From positions 33,294,001 through 33,358,000 of the forward strand of contig NC_045138.2 of NCBI RefSeq assembly GCF_008831285.2: 64,000 nt of DNA. Reading direction: 5' to 3'. Below, in pieces: positions 1-13,302 of this stretch. Position 1 is the stretch's first letter. Each line of letters opens with the position of its first letter. Source of the DNA: Nymphaea colorata (taxonomy: Eukaryota). The notes below the pieces were generated by a model. That model made no database searches, was not told where the DNA came from, and was given only the letters and a program-made list of their open reading frames with translations. Position numbers and translations under genes: made by a program.

Positions 1-521
1 CCCACAAAGGGGAAGGGAAGGAAGGGAAAGGAGCCTCTTCCCTTTCCTTTCTCCCTTAGGGTGACCTGTCAGGTGACTGTGAGCAAGAATTAGCGAGTGA
101 ACCCTCCCTCTCTTCTCCTTCTCCTGTGAATCTCTATAAACAATGAGAACCAGAAACCGAAAGGACTAGAAAAAAAAGGAGGGAAACGAAAGAATAGAAA
201 AGGAAGATGTAGGGGATAAATATGCAAACCGCCGCACTCTGTCGAGCCATAATGTCTCTCCAGGCAGCAACGCTTCTGTTTCTGCTGCTGCTGCTGCTGC
301 TCTTCCAACACCACCACTAGGCTTACCTGAAACGTATAGCCATTCTCTTTCACTGTTGCTTGCACCCAGCCCCTACCAGCTACCACTAGGCTACCTGACT
401 CCACACTGCGCAACCCTATAAGGTACCATACCAGAATCCGACTCTCCAACATCCCTCTCTTCCTTTTCCCCATCTTCCCATTTCACTTCATTAGCTAGAG
501 AGAGAGAGAGAAGGTTGCTTC

Positions 522-1749
522 ATGGCGACGACTTTGCTTCTGTGGCCGGACAAGACTGGAGACGACCAACCACCTGAGAAGGAGAAGCAGGACGCTGCTG
601 CCGTACCCCCAAGGCTGAAGAACCGAAAGGGTGGCAGGACGGCGGCGAACGCCCCTAAGAAGCAGCCTCAACGCGGCCTGGGAGTCGCGCAGCTGGAGCG
701 GCTCCGGCTCCAGGAGCAGCGGCGCAAGATGTTGGCGGAAGCCGAGCTCATCCAGGGACAGCAGGCAGCGTCTGCGCTTCAGTACTCATTCCCGTATGCG
801 GACGGCCGGAGCTGCCCCGGCGCCGGCGTGATGGTTCCCAGGTTGGCGCACCCGGCGTATTCAGGAGCCGGGTCCTGCGACAACCCACCGAGCCTGGCTG
901 CAATGCAGCGATACCGAATTGTCAGCAGCGTCCGGCCTCCGCTGTTTTCTGATGGAGCGGAACGGTTCCTCGGTGTCGGAGCTGGCGCCGATCCGAGGCT
1001 GCACAACGTCTTCCAGGCGACGCCGGAGAAGATGAAAGAGCTCTCTTCAAACCAAAACCTGACCTGCTGGTCGGACCAGTGCGAGACCTGCAACAAGGTA
1101 GGCTTCTGAAGATTTTCAGAACGTTCCTTCCTGTACTCTTTCCCTCTCTAGAACATTGTCCGCATTCTCTTTGCAGTTTTCTAATCAGTTTTTGGGGATG
1201 CGTGGTGATGGTGATGGTGATGGATGATGGGGTCTGCAGAGAAGAAAGCCGCAATACGAGAACCATGGGTTCGTTAAGGAAGGGCGGCAAGGTGGTAAGT
1301 GGACGGACGGCTGTGATCTGCTGAGGCTGGGACTCTGGACCTCCCAAGCTGCTGATCTCGAGAGGATTGACCGGGAGACGATGGCAGTGAAAAGAGGGGA
1401 GAGACATGCACATTTCGCCATGGATGTCGACGAGGTAATTTCTTGATTTTGATTTTGGATGGTGTCTAATGAAAGGGTGCGAGTGAGGTCACTTTTCTGC
1501 TCCTTGGTGGTAGCGGGATTTTACGGCATTAGCTTTGATTAGTTGCAGGCGGTGGAGAGGAAAGGGAAGGAAGTGAACGAGGGAAGAATATGGGAGTACG
1601 AGTTCTTCCCGGCCAAGAATGGAGGATCAGAAGGAGAGGTGAAGAATGTGATGGCGGTTGGTGAGCCCTCTTCTTCTGGTATTGGCAGTTACGCTCCTTC
1701 GTCGGCCTCTGCGTCGTTGGATTTGTCACTCAAGCTTTTTTCTTGCTGA
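522..1749 (+). CDS. SPOROCYTELESS-like EAR-motif transcriptional repressor (SPEAR/TIE family), 3 exons, ~323 aa
   Basis: Exons 522-1097, 1240-1434 and 1549-1749 join in frame at GT..AG sites. The protein has the SPL motif KKQPQRGLGVAQLERLRLQE, a basic KRRK across junction 1, an EYEFFP motif and a C-terminal EAR motif LDLSLKL. Confidence 0.88.
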
Positions 1750-2398
1750 GAAACAACAATTCAGTTTGTTGTTTATTGTTTTCTTGGATTTTTGAAACCG
1801 TGCTGTTAAAATGAATCTGAAGACGTTTCTTTCTCTCTTCCTCTGTACCTTTGTTTAGGAGCTCTAATTCTTCTGTTTGTTTGCTTTCTTGGTTCTTGAG
1901 ATTTTATGTGATGACTTTCCCTCTGTCTTTCTCTGTCGTTCTTTCTCCCTCTCTCGTTTGGTGGGCGTCGTAGAATTTTTCCTTCATCATTTTTCACCTA
2001 GAGAATAAACCTGGAAGTTCGTTTCTCTCTCACTCTGTCTTTTTGGTGTATGTCGTAGAATTTTCTCTATTTCTTTTTACTATGTGGAATAGAACCTGTA
2101 TCTCTCTTTCTGTGGCAAAGAAAGCAGGTCAGTTTTTACTCTGGTTTTGCTGCACTGCCCTTTTTGATGATGAGTATCTTTCCGTCTCCTTTCAAGTGGA
2201 TTTGGTAATTGTCCTCTCCCACCCGAAAAAGATGTACGTGGTCCTTTCGGAAACCAGCACAAGTTTGTCCCGCGGATTGTGGTTTTTGTTTGTGGACGAT
2301 ATCTCAAAAGACAGTCACGTCCTCAACATTGAGTGTAGAGCAGGCATCCACCAATAGGAGACAAGGCTCGTAAGCACCATCATAAAGCAAGCAGACCC

Positions 2399-2432
<34 letters not shown>

Positions 2433-4720
2433 GAGTTTTGTCATTTGTGTCACCAAGCCTTCTTTCTCTGTGATCGGGGACGAACCCCCAGCAGCAGTTC
2501 TCCGGAAGCTTTTTTTCTCCGCGGATTTTTCATTTTCTTTTTCTCTTCTCCATCTGCTTCTCTCTCTCTCTCTCTCTCTCTTATCTTTTGTGGCATGATA
2601 GCTACAGTTGCGTTGTTTTCCCACCAACCAAGTTGGATGTTACCTTTCCTTTCGAATATACTGAAATATATTGAGGATGGCGCTTCTGCTTTAACCTGTC
2701 TTAGTTACACCGCCTCTTTGGACTAGGTGACTGATTCCCCAAAATCTGGTGCCACAACATTAGATCTGTTGGTTTCCACTTTTCAGGCGTCTGTGGAGCT
2801 ATACATTCTTGGAATTCCATGTAACATGTTATCGGTACATGGGCATCCAACTTTTTACGTGTGAACGATAAAATTTGCTAGCATCTTAGCGTGCATGTTG
2901 ATGTCGATATCTCTATCAGTGTGTGTGTTGCTTCTACTTATCTTATCTGGATGCAAGACTCTTTATTGCTATGCACTTTATGTGAATTTTGTCGTGCATA
3001 CGTGTTTGTGTGGACCTTGTTTGATGTGTCGTCTCTTAAAATTTTATGATTCTGAAGAAGCCGGTTACTGCATAAATTAAATGGCACAGGGTTAATTTCT
3101 GAGGAGTACAATCACTGTAAATCTTCTGTTCCTGAGCTTTGCATGCGCTTTTGCTTGGACGTGTCGCATCTAAAGAAACCGCATTTCATTGAAAGCAATG
3201 TGTCGTCTGATCAATGTCGAACCAGTTGAAAAGCAGCATATAGAGTGCTGTATATATCTGCACCTGTCATCAAAACAGATGTTCGCTTAAATAACTCTGT
3301 GTTTATGGTTGGAATGCCAAAGCCAGAATGATAAATAACTCTTGTGTTTATAGTTTTCATCACCCAGCATCTAAATGTGCCATAGTTGGAATGATTGGTT
3401 AGGTATACTTAGCAGAAGTTAAACGTGACCTGGCAAATGGGGCTGTTAACATGGTGTTCTCGAATATCCTTTAAGTTGGCCTACCCAGATGCATAAAATT
3501 CATTTCAGACTATAATGATTAATGTGCATTGAAATAATGAATTTAATAAAGTAGGTCTACGTTAGTTAGATTTTTCCTAACTTCAACTACTTGCCATGGC
3601 TTTTGCATGGTTGGCCACGAACATTGATTATTAGGCTGACTTATCTTCTTCCAAACTTCTGCTGTGGTTTTTTAATCAGTCAAGATTGATCAGAATCAAG
3701 TTTTTTATTTTTTTATGTTTTTCTGCTGAGAATAATCAAGGGTCTGATAACTTATTATATATCTTTATGGATGACAATATTCGAAGTCAGACCTTTACTT
3801 CATTGCATTTTTTGTCACCTAACTCAGCGCCCCTATTCCTATTGTCCGTTCCACTGCGATAAAAAGTGATATCTCCTGTTCAGCTTCATACAGCGTTTGG
3901 TAAAGGGAAAACAACCTGTTAACAAGTGTTCGATCAATCTACCCCTAATAACAAACTTCTACTAAATCGTGTTCGTGCCCCTTAAGTTTACACTTACTGT
4001 TGTACCTCTATTTTTAGCATTCTTTTAGTATAAAGAGTAAAACTATTATCATTATTTTAAAATTGGATTTGCAAGTCCAGTCTCATTCTTATGAGTTCAC
4101 TCATTTTAGGTTGGGGACAAGGGTGAAAAATATAAACATAGAAAGTGTTGGAGAAATTGACAATTGGATATCTATTGAAATAACTCAAACATTATTTATT
4201 TACTTCTCTCTTCTCATTAAACCGTCAAAAGAAGCCAAATACTACTAACTATTTTCTTTTTAGAATTTTTCATTCAACTTCTTTTTATGAACTTTCACCA
4301 TTGATCTGTGTTTCTATATTGTAATTACACATTTCTATACGATTGCAAATTGACTGTCTACCTTTTTGCTTTCACAATAGTAAACAGTCGTTTTTGTAAT
4401 TAAAATCACTATAAAAGCTCGAAAATTTCATTCACTTTAGAGTCATGGCAAAACCCTTCTGTCCCTTCTCGGATTCAGACTTACATCGTGGCATTTTCCT
4501 GTGAACAAACTGGGGCTCGACAGAACTCGTCAGGGTCCATATTAAAATGCTGATCTTGGTAACTGCAACGCGATCTTGAACAATAATTCTTGTTTTGCAG
4601 CTGAGGCCTATAGTTCGCAGTTGTAAACATCATAAGAAAATTCAGAAACATGAGATCTGTCGGATCGAAGCTTACATATAGGACGTGGATTCAGATGCTC
4701 CGGATATATGAATAAATTGG

Positions 4721-4960
4721 AACACCAGCGTAATTATAGTACGCTTAACTCTTACAAGAACCTACGGAAGCTAAATCTCCAACTGTTCACCTACTTATCC
4801 TGTTTGATTTGCCTAGCTTCTTGCAGTTCTTGTGAGAATCATTATAACACCAGCGCAATTATTACTGCTCTTAAAAGAAGCTATGGAAGCTAAATCCCCA
4901 ACTGTTCACGTTGTTATCCCGTCTGATTTGCCTAGTTTGTTCCGTTTTATGTGAGAATCT
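4721..4960. repeat. Imperfect intergenic tandem duplication (~120-bp unit x2)
   Basis: AACACCAGCG..GGAAGCTAAATC.CCAACTGTTCAC..TGATTTGCCTAG..TGTGAGAATC occurs at about 4721-4840 and again at about 4846-4960. Confidence 0.75.
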
Positions 4961-7458
4961 CTTTCCCACCCGAGGAATGAAAGGCTGGAGATAAGATTAA
5001 ACCGGGAAACCTTACCACCAATGAAGTGAAACGTACGTAGGAATCCATTCTCATTATTTTGTGTTTTTGGGGAGGTTGAAGGCTCTAGGATAGGGCCTCT
5101 CATGGAGAGAGAGAGAGAGAGTCTGAATCTTCGATGCTTTAATACTGACAAAAAAGAAGGAAAATTGGTTTTGCAATTTCCCGAGATAGAGGTCAAAATT
5201 CCCACTTCCGGCGATGCTATGGCCTGCCCCCTTGCCTGTGTGACAGCGACAGCAGATGATGCCCAAGATCATCCGGGATTCCATGGGAATCCCAACTTCA
5301 ACAAAATCCTAGGGATTCAACTCATTTGTCCCTCACTTTTTAATATCCTGAAACCGCCAATGACACATTAAATAACGCAAATGGACTCCTCCCAAGTCCA
5401 CGGCAAAAGAAAAAGGAAAGCGCTAGCTGCCTGGCTGTGACATGAAACCAGAAGTTCTTAAATGGTAGCTTTTACTGGAAAGAGTTATCAGCTTTGTGGG
5501 GCTCATAAAATTTCTCCATAGTGTTTGGTCAAATCATCACAATGGGTGTGAATGGTTTCAAAGAGGCAAGCTACACTGGCCTATAAATGTTGCCAATTTC
5601 TTATCATGGTTGAAAATAGATGAGGATGAACATCAATCACATGCCCATCTTAAATTTGTCAACTGAGTACATGATAGCTAACAAAAAACTATTCTATATT
5701 GTAGTCATGATTCTCATTGCCATAAGTATCTGTGGTGTGTTGATGTGTAATTTGGGAAAACATGAAATTGGTTTTTCATGTGAATCAAGTTGGAATGTGG
5801 ACATATTTACTAGCAGATTGCTTCCAATGGTTGTGGTGGCTCAGAAATCTCAGCTGTTTGCAGAGGACATGATCTTCTTCAGCTAGCTACTAAACCCTAT
5901 TCTAGCCTCTAAGAAGCATATGCCTAGGGCTGGTTAGGTTAGTGGAGATGCAACAATAGGACTCTCATTTATAGATTTAGCTGGTGGAGACCTCAACACT
6001 GTAAACAGATGATGCCCATAAGCTTATGGGTTTGGCTGCGGGGGACTTGCCTCCCGGAAAGGTTCTGCACTACACTGATCGGATCGGGTAGGCTTACATG
6101 ACCTGATCCGTACTGAAATACTGTGCGTCACTTGGATACCGATATTGATGAGTTTGGAGCCCCTTACGAAAAGTTTATATTAAACTTTCGCAATAAAAGA
6201 AAATCTTTTAATGAAAAATAGCACTCAAATATTTCTGTGTCTGTTTTTCTTAATTATGTGCATTTTCTAGTAAGTAATATACGAAATATATAAGTTCAAC
6301 AACGTTACAATCTCATGGATGGGAAATGCAGTTGCTCCTGTGCTCGTCCGATAAATTGATTGCGTGGATATTATATGAAGTATTAAGAGTAAATTTATTT
6401 TCTTTAAAATCAGACGTACTAATGAACATCTTTTTTCTTAGTGAAATTATTTTACTCAATAAACATTATAAATGATTAATCCAATCACTCAAGGGGCATA
6501 TAATTTATTTGCAAGGACATATATATATATATATATATATAGCTATCAGTCCTTTATATGTATGCCATATTTTAACTTTGAATCCTATCCATCATCGATT
6601 TTAAAGAGACCATATGATAGATATTAAGTTGAAAAAGATGAAACCAAATTGTAATTTTTCAAATTCTTAAGCTGTTCGGATGGTCGCTTAACTTGCAGCT
6701 GGATTCACATATGTAGAACCATACGTCTTTGCACTCAAGGGCAGAGTTAGCACTTTTTTTATTTCAAAAGTCCAACTACAGTTTCAAATTCTTAAAAAGG
6801 AACCAAAATATAATTTTTCAATTTTTTTTATATAAATTAAAATAAATTTTTTAAAATTTACATGTAAAATTTTGATTTTTCCACGGCATTTGGAGTATTG
6901 AGTAACAACCCCAATGGAGAGACAAAGGGAAGGGCTCCTCCTTCAAGATATCTCTCCCCATCAAGAGGGGGTTGAGAACGGATGTCAAATTTGAAACACG
7001 TTTGATCTGCATTTGCAGTATAAGTAACAACCGCATTTATGACCACGGAGATCAAATTGCTGCTAGTGAGTAAACCTGGAACTGTGTGAATTTAACTGGG
7101 ATAACACGTGGAGACGAACTTAACATCTTAATACAAAAATGAGCCCACGGTTTATGGGAAAAAGGAGATCATGATTTTAATTTTTAACGACAGCTATATG
7201 TAGAGCATGACTCGGTGGCGGCAATCCGTGGTACTCTCTTTTAGAATATAATTTAGTACAAGATGATTTACCGACTAAGAATGTGTCAACTACTCGATTA
7301 GAGTACAGGCCATTAAGATAAATAATGATAAAAAGCTATGCCCAGTGGAATGTGGATGACTTTGAATTTCCTACTATTCACAAAACCAACCAATTTCCTT
7401 GCAAGGTTGGTGTTACAAGAAGCTCTCAGTGGCTTCCATCGGCTAAGGAAAGACTGCC

Positions 7459-10350
7459 TCAGGGCTCAGGTCTCTCTATACGGCAAACTTCAGGTGACTT
7501 GGTAGTCAGCACCGCTGGAGTTTGGCGGAGTTCAAAAGAAGTACCAGTGCCTGCTCCACTACTTCCTATGCATATTGTGTCTCCTCTGCCATGCCAAGTT
7601 CCATCTCTAACATTGTTCAGATTCAAAGTTCTGGTTTCCTGGAAAAACGAGACATTCAGAAACTGGAAGTATTTTGTCAACATATGGAGGACCTCAGGTT
7701 ACCACAGCAATCTGATCTGTCAGAAAGTAGCTCCTCAATCAAAAACTTCTAAAGGAATGGCAAATACGATTGACTTGCGTTTCTCATAAGGACCACGCAT
7801 TTCACATTAGATAGAAAAGCATAGCAAAAGCTTTTATAAGAAATTTGTCCCTTCAAAAACCGCACCAACTAGCCACTCTCTCATTTGCAATTGAAGAAGA
7901 AAATTGCCAGGGAAAAGGTTGTCAGCTATTAGCAACGACCATACAAAGTTCATCTTCTCAATCCCACATTAATTGGTTAGGCAATCGTTTTGTTTCGATC
8001 GTAGTTCCATCATGCATGGACAAGAAGCAGCTCCAGAGACTCACCTGGCACAGTGTACAACAAGGACAAAGAAGATGATTCAGGCAATCGTCCACTGGAC
8101 TGTCACTACCCTGCAAGTATATCACTTCATAATATGAGAACCGACTGATAGGTACAAAAAGCACAAACAAGAGAACTGACATACAGATAATGTGGACACA
8201 ACCACCCAAGAATTCATGCAATAAATATGAAGTGCCTTGTGATTTATCTGGAAATGGAAGGCAAGCTGCGTTATTATAGAACCTATGGATATTGTTTCCT
8301 CAGAGACTTTGTGCACAAAGTTGCTCACCGCTGTAAGCATTTCAAATAATCTAGCATGGCAAATGCAACCATATGAATAGAAAATAACGGTCCAAATTTC
8401 CACGCTCAGGAGGGTGTGGTGACCGGCGCTGGCAGATTGGAGATGATGGTTTTAAGCATAATCAGAAAGCTACTTCGGGGTTTGAATTCTTAAAACCAAG
8501 ACTCTCATGTGCAGTGGGCCCAGATTAGCCATTTCATAAGTGAACCAGGCTAGAAATTAGGACAGTATCTAACCATGTTCTTAGTTCCCGCTATAAGATA
8601 CTGATTAAAATGCATATCACATATCAAGAGTTTTATTCTACTCTCCTGAATTGGCTCCTCTAACAGAATATCAACACCCAATATATCACAACTCAGTGAC
8701 TCTGATTTCTGCCAACTGTTTGTACTGCAAACTTTACTTACATCTGGCATGATTAGCCCACATGAAATCTTTGTGTCACCTTTTATCTTCCATGTCATCA
8801 AATTGCAGGACCCACGATAAACAGAAGAAGGCAATTTGTTATCAATTAAATTAGAAGAACAAAAGTTTATAAACAGCAGATATCTTGGGCCATCAAATCC
8901 ATGAAATTTCTTCTAATCCATGAAACAAAATTGTTGAAAAATAAATGTGCAAATAAATGGCAATATAAACATTTATAGAGCAGCCGCGTGGTGAGCACAG
9001 AGCGAACCATTCTTTCGCCTTTTATAGAGGCAAAGCTTGGAAACAAAGAAACTTGTGTATTTTTTCAGAGATTGTGAAAATTGTACAGTAGATGTTGTCT
9101 AAACAAAAGCATGTACATACATACCCTGATATTGAAGTGTTGTCGCATTTTTCGTCGAAAATAACCGAGATATAGTGAGACTGAAATGGTCAAAGCAATA
9201 GCTATATACAGAAAATAGTATTGCCTGGTGACGCCGAATGCAACATAAGCAAGGAAAGCTGCAACAGAAAGGAAAAGATGCATGGTTCCCTGCACAGGCG
9301 GAAAACAAGTCTGTAAGTTTGTTATTAGGCGTGTAAAACAGAGTTTCGTAAGTCAAGCAATCATTTTTTACCAGAGAATGGCGGCTTCCAAAGAGGGCCA
9401 GTTAGATAAGAATCATAAGATACAGTTGGCTTTTATTCGTTCATTTTATATGCAGCTAAAAGATAGACAGAAGTTGTCAAAATGAAATCAAATGATTAGC
9501 AGGCCAATCTGCCAAACAGAACAACCATGTATTTTTGGCCGATGCAACCACAGAATACTAATTCTACTTTACATGATTCTCCAACCGGTATGGCAGTTTG
9601 CAACCAAAAGCACGATAAGGAAAAATGCAAAACTGGTTCCTTTTTGAACTGCATAGAAAAAGATTATTTCAATCAGAACGTTTGACAATATATACAAGCT
9701 GAACTACGAAACCCCTTATAAATTCTCACACTTGAATATCACCTCACTGTTGCAAATTAACCAGTTAATGGTATCAAGAGTTGTTTTCTCCCATGAACTA
9801 ACCAAATCACCAAAACAAATTAAACAGATTCAACAAGCTCAAACTAGTTCAACAGAATTCAAAGAAAACGAGGCAAAATTCACAAACTTCCGAACGCAAA
9901 AATACTACACCTGAAGGAGACATGAGCCAAACCCCGTCTTCTTCATGTTCTTCCCAAATGTACAACAAGGACAACTGCCACCCCAAATAAAGGCACATGA
10001 AAACCACAGAATCGTAAAAATAATGATCCCAGCAGATCAAAACTCAGAAACAAAAAGAAGAAAGAAAGAGAGATAAGAGCAAACCAGAAGGAGTCAATGG
10101 CGATGCGCTGATCCTGGAAGCAGTCGAGGACATCGCCCTCCCACATCCTTTGCACACCTCCTCCTCCTCCCCCTTCTGCTTCCCATGCTTTTCCCCCTTC
10201 CCCCGGTGCCGCCAAGAAACCCCGCGTCTGTAGCGCCACTGTGGCACAGAGCATGTCAAAGTCTATCACCGCCATCTCTTCGAGTAACCTCTCCTCTTCC
10301 TCTTCCTCTTCCCCTTCCTCCTCCTCCTTCCTCTCCCTCAGCTCCGCCAT
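7459..10350 (-). CDS. PLAC8 / cell-number-regulator family cysteine-rich membrane protein, 5 exons, ~246 aa
   Basis: Exons 10350-10085, 9974-9911, 9289-9125, 8110-8045 and 7638-7459 splice in frame. Motifs: MWEGDVLDCF, CCPCCTFGKNM, a hydrophobic segment, and DDCLNHLLCPCCTLCQE, all typical of PLAC8. Confidence 0.9.
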
Positions 10351-13302
10351 TTCTCTCTCCCTCTCACTTTTTAGGTCTCTCTCTTATTAATAAGCCACTG
10401 GTTAAGAGAAGAGATGCCGGGTGGGTCACCAGACCTCCAAACCAAAAGTGCTCACCGGAGGGGAAGCGCAGCGGCACCATGATCCCCTGAAAAAGAGTAT
10501 TAGGTGGGCCCCACCTTCTTCCTACCACCGCCCACCGGCCAACCAACCACCATCTTTTGGTTCATGGATGATGCACTGGAAATGTGGGTATTAGTTGGCT
10601 TCGGCGAAGGCCCGCCACCAGTGGGCCAGTAGGCCGCCGACTCGTCGTCAGGTGGATCTCCGCCGCCAATGACGGTCAAGTGAGGCGGCCCCGTGGTGCC
10701 GAGTTGGCTAGAGATTCTCGACCGGCGGCGCTTCCATTGCGAGCTGCCATTCCGGTGCGTATCGGGCTTCCCGTAAAGAGGGTGTGGACTAAAGTGGGGC
10801 TCGTCTTGAAATTCATGGTTCATGAAAAGCACGCATTTGGATCCCCATACGTCTGAAATCTATGACTTCACTCAAGGGAGAAAAGGAGTGACGTGAGGTG
10901 CATGCATTTTAAGATGCAAGGAAACCAAATTCATGATGATTTGGTTCATGCATCTTTCAGACGAAATACTTCAAATCCTTATTAAAAGTAAAAAATATGA
11001 ACCATCATAATCTACGATCTTCAAATCTCATTTTACTTCAAATCTTAAATCCAAGGCAATTAAATACCCTTTAAGAACCCAAAACGTGTTCTATTCCAAA
11101 ATAAATGAGCAGACTCAGGCTCAACTCCTATAAACTTGGCTCAAGCTCTACGCGTAGACCGACTTGCAGAATAAACATGTCTAGATCGAGTCTGTAGGTG
11201 AGATTTCTATGGTTAAAAAATCGAGTTAGAGCAAAACCTAACTTGAGCTTGTTTAACTCAGACTCGCCATGAGCAACATATGTGTGCTATTTTCAGTCTT
11301 TACTAACTGAAAATTGGAATAGTATGCTGATGCCTTTTCATTTTGGAAAGCGGAGTGTTGGTTTGAGTTATTATGGTCTCATTTACATTATGGTATGGGG
11401 CAGATGCATGGAGCAAGAACATATTGTTACCCAAACATCCCCTTGGCTAGTAGTGGACAAATTTTTTCCAAGATAAGGTGCTATAGTTTGTACCGGACTC
11501 AAGATGAGGTGAATGCCTATTGCAGGTTTAGTTAAACTAGTTTCATCAGGTCATTTGAAATGAAGCTTTTTGGTTTAAACTGAAACAACACTATGGAAAT
11601 ATTTATGAAGGAGGCAAAAAGTTGTTTAATTGTGACAAGAATCGGATTCTTTGTGGTCTACAGTTAGACGTAGACCCGGTTTTACATGTGAAAAGGGAAG
11701 CCAAGTGCGAACCCCCTAAATCAGAACTATTTAGTGCGTGAAACTAAGCTTTCTCAGCACTGACTGAATCGTCTGTGAGACGATTCGGCTGAGTTGACGT
11801 TCTGATGAGCCGAGTCGCGAGAAGGAAATTGTCGAGGCCCCCGGAGATTTCAAACAATCGCAAAAATATAGTTGAAAAAAAGACAGCAAGGGCTGCTGAC
11901 AAGAGAGTGTGGGCCGTCGCGTTCGCCGGTGGCAGTTCGGATTAGGAAGAATGGCCGGAAGTTGAGGTGGTTGGTGGCATCACGGATGACGATGAGAAAA
12001 CAAGAAAAAGAAAAACAGACGTTGGGCTACACGATCATTCTTGACGGCGAATCAGTTGCGGCTGCTGTCATTTTTTTTATACCGTTTTCTTAAACTGGTC
12101 CATTACTCATGAGCAATTCACGTATTCGTGCTATTTTGGTAGGAGGTCCTACACGATCTTATTGTCATACGCTCAGGAGGGCGAGATGAGCTTCCCCTTC
12201 GAATTTCACCAAAAAAGTATCATGTTCTATGCGCATGAGAGATTAATTTAGTTAGTCTAGTCTAGTCTACTGTTAATGCATAAGAATTAATAAGACGAAC
12301 AAACAGCCAAACACAGACGAAAGATAGAAATCATATTTCTTCTGAAGTCTAACCATGACATCTTCGGCTCTCCATTTGCAAGTTTCAGTTAAAAATTGGA
12401 TCCTGAAATGACTCCAGAAATAAATGAGAGATATTTTGGAGTATCAGGCAGATAATGATACGTGTCCGTAACTGAAAATATCGCTTAAAAGAATGAAAAG
12501 GAGATCGCAAATGCAATTTCCTGACCTGCAAGTTAATGCATTAAGCATGTAGGTGCTCTCTTTATTTTCACATTGAAGAGATGGAAGTCAATTCCCCTGT
12601 TCAAGATTCTTTAGCATACGAAATGCCTATCATCATGTATTTCAGGACCGAGAAGTATACGCTTCGATTAATTTATTCAGCAGTCTAGATAAGATCTAAA
12701 AATTCCAGAAAATCCTTATAGAAACATATTTATAGAATTTAAGAGTAAAGGTTTAGTTTTAGAACATAGAAATTACATCTGCATTGTTGGAACGTTGAAA
12801 AAAATATGTGCAACTTTAATTTCTCATGAGTAATTTGTGACGTTACACGCACACAGTATGCTCATTGCTTGTGCTTGAGAATCTGAGATACATTCTGCTG
12901 GAACGGAAGCAATAGACGCAAATAAGGCATGTGCACTAAACACTAGACTCAAATGAACATCACAACTATGTAACAGAGATGATCACGTAGGAGCGACCAG
13001 ACCAAATTGACGAAACAGGAACAGATCATATCCTGTATAATTTCTACTTATATTTTAACAAGGCACAGATTCTACAAACTTCAAAGTATACATTCACTAG
13101 TTTGCATGCACTACAACTTACTTTGATAGTATAAGAACCTAATCTTCCAAGAACATGGACATTTTTTATTTACAGCATAATCTGTTTATATAATTACAAC
13201 CCTGGCTAGGAAGTCTTTAAAAACGATGAGACAGAATCATCAGTACCACATAGTCAACAGGCTTTTAGCAACATGTGGGCCAGAGAGAAAATTGGATGCT
13301 GG

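Noticed and set aside
90..473. 127-aa minus-strand ORF with polyQ
   Set aside because: It arises from a (CTG)n microsatellite upstream of the SPEAR gene and has no recognisable domain.
8404..8414. GCTCAGGAGGG (also near 12171) matches part of miR390
   Set aside because: Only about 11 nt match, the rest diverges, and no precursor hairpin is evident.
8447..8498. 10-bp perfect inverted repeat in a PLAC8 intron
   Set aside because: Short and AT-rich, with no snoRNA boxes, tRNA fold or TSD.
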